Source: a bacterium (lineage in GTDB: Bacteria; RUG730; JBDRED01; JBHPKP01). Taken from it: a stretch of DNA of 53,887 nucleotides. A program made the translations under genes and the position numbers. A model generated the notes under the pieces. That model did no database searches. It saw only the letters and a list, made by a program, of their open reading frames with translations, and was not told where the DNA came from. This document shows, piece after piece, positions 48,002 through 53,887 of this stretch (its first letter is position 1; every line of letters begins with the position of its first letter). The stretch covers positions 1 through 53,887 of the forward strand of contig JBHPKP010000003.1 in NCBI GenBank assembly GCA_042566505.1, in the 5' to 3' direction.

Positions 48002-50020
48002 TTAACCAGTTATTACAGTATATTCTCTTTTTTCTTCGAATGGCTGAAATTCTTCTCCACCTGATTCAAAGAATTTTGTAAAGAACTCAAGATATTGCAA
48101 TCTACATGAATGCACAAATGAACCTAGAAAACTGATTGCTAGATTGAACAGGTGCCCTACAATTATAACAATGACCATTAAAAAAACACCCACAACAGGT
48201 ACATTTGCAAAAACCATGCTTATTTCGTTTATAGCTAATGCTAAAAGACCGCTCGATAATCCAAGTGCGAATAATCTTGCATATGATAATGTGTCTGCCA
48301 AAAAGTTTCCTGTGATTACAGAATAGTTACCATATACACACCAAAAAAGTTTTATAAAAATACCCTCGTTTGATATCCATTGCTTGTATGCAATTGTTAT
48401 TACGCTGAGAATAAAAATTAGAGTGAAAAATTGCATTAAAAATGCAGGTAAAATTTTCATTTCAAGCACATAATAAAGCGCAAGCGGCAAGAGCGATGTT
48501 TGAATTCCCAATGTCGGAAGTTCTAATAAATAAGCATTTTTATAATCTTTTTCTTTGATTTTGTTGATAAACTGCACAAATACTGCAAACCAAAGTTGTG
48601 TAAATCCTAGGATCAATGATATTCCCAAGAACACTAATGACCCTTTTTCGTGCATAGGGTTCAATATTCGAAGATTTAATATACCATGTTTTATGAATGC
48701 GTAATTTTCAGGAAGTTTTTCATAAAGATTACCGAGCCAGTTGCCTGTCAATGCTCCAAAAAGTATGCAAAATACTCCCATATATCCTAGAAGTTTTAAA
48801 AATGACGTATCTGCTTTTTTCCCGAATCGAGCCTTGAAAAAATAGATCATAACGATACTCATCAAAGCCATCAATAATCCATATCCAACATCTGCAAGAC
48901 AAATACCAAAAAAGACTATAAAAAATGGCGCTAAATATGCAGTTGGGTCCAAACTTTTGTATGAAGGTTGACCGTAGAGTTTGGTGATTGTTTCAAATGG
49001 TTTTATAACAGGATTATTTTTTAGAAGGATTGGGACATTATCATTAGGTTTTGGTTCTGTGGTGTTTATCATGATATCCGAAAATTGATTTTTGCACTCG
49101 TTTGTAATTTTTTCTATATTTTTTTGTGCTATAAAACCTTGTAAGAGTGTAATTTTGCTTATGGTTGCTGCATTTTCTTTTTTTGTTTCATTAAGCCATT
49201 GATTGTGTATATTATCGTAAACAACTCTTAATTTTGAAAGATTTGGCAGATAGTTTTTAATGGTTTTGTTAATTTTGTCTGATTTATAGGTTAGTACTCT
49301 TTTGCGCCTGTAACAGCGATCAATTATTTCTTTTGGCGCATATCCAAGCATTTGCCAATACAAAACTTTCCCATATTTATTAACTTCTTGGATGGTTTGA
49401 TCGTATAAACTGTTGATGGTGATGATTGCTAAGAAAGTTTCTTTTTTTGTTTTATTAACAACAATTAAGTCTGATTCATTTTCTTTTATATATTCGGAAA
49501 TTTTCGAAAATTTTTGATTATCAACTGCAGCTGCAATTATTCGTGTCCATTTTGTACCGATTAGTTCGTCAAGATTTACCTGTATACTCTGCCAAGGAGT
49601 TATCTGGTTTATGATACTGTCTAATTCGCTTTGTTCCTCTGCAGTATCATCGAGTTTTTTGATCTTGGATAGTATTGTGCTGCAGATAACTTTATGGTCG
49701 AATTGTTTGATTTTTTCGAATTCATCTTTTGTGATAAAATCTTTTGGTTCAATAATTGAATCAAGAAATCCTTTTTTTTTAAATCTATTCAAAAAACTAA
49801 TGACTTGTGTAACTTTAGCTAAATCCTGATTAAGTGCTTTTTGATTTTCAGTGTTTACAATACTTTTATTTTGAAGGGTATTAAGTCCATCTTCTTCGAG
49901 AACTTCAAGACTTGTTTGATTTAGTTGGACAGTTCCATTTTTTTGTAGGAAATTAAAAAAACTATGGATGTCATCTTTATATACTGCAAAATCTATTTTT
50001 TTAATTTTTTCAATAGCCAT
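48002..50020 (-). CDS. V/A-type ATP synthase subunit I
   Basis: PFE..T.LYG.P...DPT, FFG...ADVGYG, D.LSYARLFALGL, VHSCRLQYLEFF.KF. Confidence 0.93.
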   Translation of the reverse strand: MAIEKIKKIDFAVYKDDIHSFFNFLQKNGTVQLNQTSLEVLEEDGLNTLQNKSIVNTENQKALNQDLAKVTQVISFLNRFKKKGFLDSIIEPKDFITKDEFEKIKQFDHKVICSTILSKIKKLDDTAEEQSELDSIINQITPWQSIQVNLDELIGTKWTRIIAAAVDNQKFSKISEYIKENESDLIVVNKTKKETFLAIITINSLYDQTIQEVNKYGKVLYWQMLGYAPKEIIDRCYRRKRVLTYKSDKINKTIKNYLPNLSKLRVVYDNIHNQWLNETKKENAATISKITLLQGFIAQKNIEKITNECKNQFSDIMINTTEPKPNDNVPILLKNNPVIKPFETITKLYGQPSYKSLDPTAYLAPFFIVFFGICLADVGYGLLMALMSIVMIYFFKARFGKKADTSFLKLLGYMGVFCILFGALTGNWLGNLYEKLPENYAFIKHGILNLRILNPMHEKGSLVFLGISLILGFTQLWFAVFVQFINKIKEKDYKNAYLLELPTLGIQTSLLPLALYYVLEMKILPAFLMQFFTLIFILSVITIAYKQWISNEGIFIKLFWCVYGNYSVITGNFLADTLSYARLFALGLSSGLLALAINEISMVFANVPVVGVFLMVIVIIVGHLFNLAISFLGSFVHSCRLQYLEFFTKFFESGGEEFQPFEEKREYTVITG

Positions 50021-50031
50021 TGCATTTTCCT

Positions 50032-50370
50032 CTAGTTCAATATTTTATCAGTTAAATAATTAACTGCTTTATCAATTTTATTTGTTGGTAATTGTGATAA
50101 CTTTTCAATTTCTTTTTCGGTATTTTTTTGAAAGTTTTTTTGCATTTTTTTACAGTTGTTTTCAACGTTTTTCCAGTATTTAGAAGTCTCATTATCCAAC
50201 TCTTCAAGTTTTTGAATATGTCTTTTTTTTAGTTTTTCACTTAATTCTTTTTTCATTTCTTCAGACTTTTCTCTTGCTTGCGTCATTTTTCGTTCATTAG
50301 CAGTATCAATGCCTCTAATTTGCTTTAATAAAATACTTACTTGATCTTGATTTTTTTCATTATTTACCAT
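50032..50370 (-). CDS. Probable V/A-type ATP synthase subunit G/H
   Basis: 112-aa coiled coil ending IDKAVNYLTDKIL; first gene of the operon. Confidence 0.65.
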   Translation of the reverse strand: MVNNEKNQDQVSILLKQIRGIDTANERKMTQAREKSEEMKKELSEKLKKRHIQKLEELDNETSKYWKNVENNCKKMQKNFQKNTEKEIEKLSQLPTNKIDKAVNYLTDKILN

Positions 50371-50402
50371 ATTAAAAACCTCAAAAAAATTAATAAAAAG
50401 TG

Positions 50403-50431
50403 ATTATAACAAATAGATTTTAGCAAAACAA
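50403..50431 (-). promoter_or_regulatory. Putative promoter of the V-ATPase operon
   Basis: TTGTTT-17 bp-TATAAT with TG extended -10 on the minus strand. Confidence 0.4.
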
Positions 50432-50481
50432 ATAAAATCTATAATAATGTGAGGTATTGATTTTTTTATTTGGAATGAGGA

Positions 50482-51000
50482 CTATTTCAGCACTTTCTTA
50501 CGATTCCTGCTGCGCCAGTAGATGGGATTCTCGAAATTTGGTCTGGGGAGTTGCTTCCAGGTGTTTTGGATGGTATCTTCGAATTCTTTGAATCCGCTTG
50601 AGCCATAGTGTGAGATTGTTTCATAGCCAAGACCAGCTTTTAAGATTTTTACAGCCAAAAGTTCACCGTCAACTAGGATGTGACCTAATGCTCGATTATA
50701 ACGGTCTTTTTTGTTTGTAATTATTGTAATGCTTTTGGCTTTGATTAGCTCTCTACGTGTAAATTCAGATGCTTCCTGTCCAAGGTATTGATTTTCGAAC
50801 ATGCCTAGAGATTCATGCTTTATTTCAGGTGTATCAACTCCTAAGAACCTTACAGGCATTCCATCATAAAAAAATGTATCTCCATCGTCGAAAACAAGTT
50901 TAGTTTTATCCACTTCAATTGTGCGTCCCCATATGTTTTGAAAAAAGCTTGTGATGATAAGGAATGATAAGAATATTAGTTTTGGAGAGTTAAATTTCAT
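50482..51000 (-). CDS. Thermonuclease (SNase) family exported protein
   Basis: DGDT, VRFLGVDTPE, DRYNRALG, L..GL; signal-like N-terminus. Confidence 0.88.
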   Translation of the reverse strand: MKFNSPKLIFLSFLIITSFFQNIWGRTIEVDKTKLVFDDGDTFFYDGMPVRFLGVDTPEIKHESLGMFENQYLGQEASEFTRRELIKAKSITIITNKKDRYNRALGHILVDGELLAVKILKAGLGYETISHYGSSGFKEFEDTIQNTWKQLPRPNFENPIYWRSRNRKKVLK

Positions 51001-52033
51001 TTAAAATGCTATCCCCGCGTCCATCTTCAATGTGTCGTCCAACTGATTCCACCATTTTTTTCATGCAGAATGCACACTCACCTTGTTTTTCTGTGATACA
51101 GCGTTTGTTGTTGTAAATCTCATAATATTGTTTGTAAGGCATTGGTGTGAAATTTGGCATAATGACGTTTGCACCGGCTCTGAGTCCATCTCTTCTGTAG
51201 TCTTTGCCCATACTTCCAAGTGCAGTTGTTGCCGGCATATGAGATTTTGGAGAAAGAATTCGACTGATTGCTATTATTTTTAAAACTATGTCAGGATCAA
51301 CTTGTGAATTTTTTGAAAGAGGTGTGTTGTGATGTGGAATAAATGGGCTGATGCTCAACATGTCATATTGCGCATCACAAAAATGTAGAAGATCATTTGC
51401 AATATCATCAAGTGTTTGGACCTTCAGTCCAACGATATTTCCACTTCCTACTTGATAACCGAGTTCTTTAAGCAGTTTGAGACAGTTCATTCTGTGATCA
51501 AATGTTATATTTGGATGCAGCTCTTCATATAGTTTTGGATTCATGGTTTCCATTTTTAGTAAATATCTGTCAGCTCCGCATTTTCGCCAATATTCGTATT
51601 CCTTCAACCCCCATTCTCCGACTGATAAGGTTATAGCTGTATCAGGGTATTTGGATTTGATTTCAGATATAATCATTCCAAGCCAATGAAAATTAAGTTC
51701 GTTATCTTCACCTGATTGTAGAACTATAGTTTTTATGTTTGCACGATAAATTAGGTCAACACTATCTAAGATTTGCTTTTTTGTGAGTCTATATCTGGGA
51801 AGTTTTTGGTTTGATGCATTGAGACCACAGTAGGAGCAATTGTTTCTGCAGAAATTCGAAAATTCGATTATTCCACGAAGAAATACACCATTGCCAAAGT
51901 TTTTTCTACGAATATTATCTGCTGTTTGAAATAGTTTTTTTTGGTCATTTGGATCCTCAATTTTTAGGAGATTGAGAATGTCTTCTTTTGTAAAGTATGA
52001 TTGTGTAAAAAGAGTTGAAATGTTCATAGACAA
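50990..52033 (-). CDS. hydE: [FeFe]-hydrogenase H-cluster radical SAM maturase HydE
   Basis: RGIIEFSNFCRNNCSYCG, TIVLQSGE, PATTAL, GANVIMPN, YEIY, C-terminal Cx7Cx2C. Confidence 0.85.
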   Translation of the reverse strand: MSMNISTLFTQSYFTKEDILNLLKIEDPNDQKKLFQTADNIRRKNFGNGVFLRGIIEFSNFCRNNCSYCGLNASNQKLPRYRLTKKQILDSVDLIYRANIKTIVLQSGEDNELNFHWLGMIISEIKSKYPDTAITLSVGEWGLKEYEYWRKCGADRYLLKMETMNPKLYEELHPNITFDHRMNCLKLLKELGYQVGSGNIVGLKVQTLDDIANDLLHFCDAQYDMLSISPFIPHHNTPLSKNSQVDPDIVLKIIAISRILSPKSHMPATTALGSMGKDYRRDGLRAGANVIMPNFTPMPYKQYYEIYNNKRCITEKQGECAFCMKKMVESVGRHIEDGRGDSILNEI

Positions 52034-52078
52034 TTAATATACAAATCTTTTTTACGTTAGTCTATATGTTTTGATTGG

Positions 52079-52510
52079 TCATAAAATTTTTATTAAATCA
52101 CCTTTCTGCACTTTACCGCCCACTATTACCTTTGTAAAGATTCCTTCCTTTGGGACAATGCATTTACCAACTGTCTTTTTTATTTCGCACCCTTCATGGC
52201 ATTCCTTGCCGATTTGAGTTACTTCATGCAAAGTTTCTCCAATTTTTAGTCTAGTTCCCACTTTTAATGAATAAAGTTCGATTCCTTCGGTTGTAATGTT
52301 TTCCGCGAAACTTCCGGCGCAAAGACCTGTATTTTCAGCCTTCATCTTTTGGATACTTTCGATCGCTAAAAGCGAAACCTGCCGGTGCCATTTACCTGCG
52401 TGCGCATCACTTTTTAGACCATGATCTTCGATAAGTATCCCAATATCAATAGGCTGTTTTGCTATTCCTTTTTTCTCACTTATATTAATACCAACTACTT
52501 TTGCTCGCAT
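52079..52510 (-). CDS. MOSC domain protein
   Basis: ISEKKG..K, DAHAG.WHRQVSLL, FAENITT, TQIGKECH..C. Confidence 0.9.
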   Translation of the reverse strand: MRAKVVGINISEKKGIAKQPIDIGILIEDHGLKSDAHAGKWHRQVSLLAIESIQKMKAENTGLCAGSFAENITTEGIELYSLKVGTRLKIGETLHEVTQIGKECHEGCEIKKTVGKCIVPKEGIFTKVIVGGKVQKGDLIKIL

Positions 52511-52977
52511 TATTTAGTCTCCTTAAAATCAGATTTTCCACCGGTTTTTTCGGTAAGTTTTATATCAGAAATAATCATATTTTTATCAATGGCTTTACAC
52601 ATGTCGTATATAGTTAAGGCACTTAAACTCACAGCTGTTAAAGCTTCCATTTCAGCGCCGGTTTTACCAAAAGTTTTTATTTCCGATGTAATGACAATTT
52701 CACTTTCTTTCACGTCAAATCGAATATCCACACCGGTTAGATTAATATTGTGCGTCATTGGAATGAGTCTGGATGTTTCCTTTGCACCCATAATACCTGC
52801 AACTTGACTAACAGAAAGCACATCACCTTTTTTGATTTGCATACCTTTAATTTGTTCAATTGTTTCAGGTGTGACTTTTATTTTTCCGGTGGCTATTGCG
52901 ACTCGTTTGGTATCTTTTTTTCCTGATATATCGACCATCCTAGGTTTACCTGAATCATTAAAATGTGTAAATTCCAT
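52510..52977 (-). CDS. moaC: Cyclic pyranopterin monophosphate synthase
   Basis: THF...G..RMVD, KKGDVL, LIPM.H, TG.EMEAL, IYDMCKA, KTGGKS. Confidence 0.95.
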   Translation of the reverse strand: MEFTHFNDSGKPRMVDISGKKDTKRVAIATGKIKVTPETIEQIKGMQIKKGDVLSVSQVAGIMGAKETSRLIPMTHNINLTGVDIRFDVKESEIVITSEIKTFGKTGAEMEALTAVSLSALTIYDMCKAIDKNMIISDIKLTEKTGGKSDFKETK

Positions 52978-52978
52978 T

Positions 52979-53851
52979 TTATCCTCCTATCTGAAACATG
53001 TTCATGTTAGTATATTTTTCTTTTTCAAGTTTATGCGATTTTGGTTTTTTTAGAACTGATGAAACTATTAATTTTTTTATGTCTTTACCTTGTCTCAATG
53101 GTGTTTTTAAATCAATTAGTTCATTACCATGTAAACATAATTTTAACTTACCATCAGCAGTTAAACGAACTCTATTGCAAGTATCACAAAAATTATTTGA
53201 TACAGAACTTATTACACTAACATTTTTTGATGTTGGAACAATATTACTTGAAATGTATTTATCATTTGCCCAACTACATAACTCACCAAACGGCATTAGT
53301 TCAATGAATCTTACTTTGATGTTTTCGTCTTTTGCAAATTGTCTAAATTTATGAATTTCGTTTTCATTTACATCTTTCATAAGTACAACATTTAATTTTA
53401 TGGCATTGAAATAATATTTTTTTGCTTCTCGTATACCATCTAAAACTTTGTTTAAATCTCCATTTCTTGTTAGATCGAAATATTTTTTTTCATCGAGAGT
53501 ATCGAGGCTAATATTTATTCTATGCATACCAGAATCTTTTAATTCCTTTGCATGTTGTTTTAATAAAATTCCGTTCGTTGTGATCGCAAGTTCTTTTACA
53601 TGATTGATTCTTTTGATTAAGTGTAAAATATTTTTTCTAACTAAAGGTTCACCACCTGTTAAACGAATTTTTTTTATACCAAGCTCAATAAATATCTTTG
53701 CAATTTCCTCGATCTCTTCCAAACGTAAAATATCGTCATGTAAAAGTTTTGGAGTGCCATTTAAAGGCATGCAATACTTACAACGTAAATTGCACAAATC
53801 AGTAACTGATATTCGCAGGTACTCTATGGTTCTATTAAATGCGTCGATCAT
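52979..53851 (-). CDS. moaA: GTP 3',8-cyclase
   Basis: YLRISVTDLCNLRCKYCMP, TGGEP, RFIELMP, FCDTCNRVRLTADG...CL, C-terminal IGG. Confidence 0.95.
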   Translation of the reverse strand: MIDAFNRTIEYLRISVTDLCNLRCKYCMPLNGTPKLLHDDILRLEEIEEIAKIFIELGIKKIRLTGGEPLVRKNILHLIKRINHVKELAITTNGILLKQHAKELKDSGMHRINISLDTLDEKKYFDLTRNGDLNKVLDGIREAKKYYFNAIKLNVVLMKDVNENEIHKFRQFAKDENIKVRFIELMPFGELCSWANDKYISSNIVPTSKNVSVISSVSNNFCDTCNRVRLTADGKLKLCLHGNELIDLKTPLRQGKDIKKLIVSSVLKKPKSHKLEKEKYTNMNMFQIGG

Positions 53852-53887
53852 ATTTTACCTCTATTTTTTTGTCTTGAACTATGATTT

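Overview
AT-rich bacterial chromosome window from a Gram-negative, probably anaerobic organism. An Elusimicrobiota/Omnitrophota-like lineage is my inference from the gene repertoire and is not verified. The window appears to span the replication terminus: a canonical 28-bp dif (XerC/XerD) site lies at 15148-15175, nearly all genes to its left are on + and essentially all genes to its right are on -. Left of dif is an accessory region with two very large signal-peptide proteins: a 1876-aa HEAT-repeat protein and a 1429-aa protein with a TraB/Tiki-like N-terminal domain plus TPRs. They share an unrecognised ~160-185-aa C-terminal domain ending in -TAV/-RAA and flank a small protein with a T9SS-like C-terminal sorting domain. 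The 1429-aa gene carries several in-frame DNA repeat insertions, and a decayed inverted copy of one of its TPR segments lies downstream. Right of dif are an internally deleted IS5-family element, a PorV-like barrel gene, gnnB-gnnA-(MNT-HEPN)-lpxB, tRNA-Pro(GGG), and long housekeeping runs: aroF, hisC, heptose genes, pheA, scpAB, trpS, tRNA nucleotidyltransferase, dksA, speD-speE-decarboxylase, GGDEF, coaE, polA, dapB, gcvT, rpiB, a V/A-ATPase operon lacking A/B/D, hydE and moaA/moaC/MOSC. A composite MITE-like element sits at 41215-41592. All family calls are by-eye motif recognition; no searches were run.
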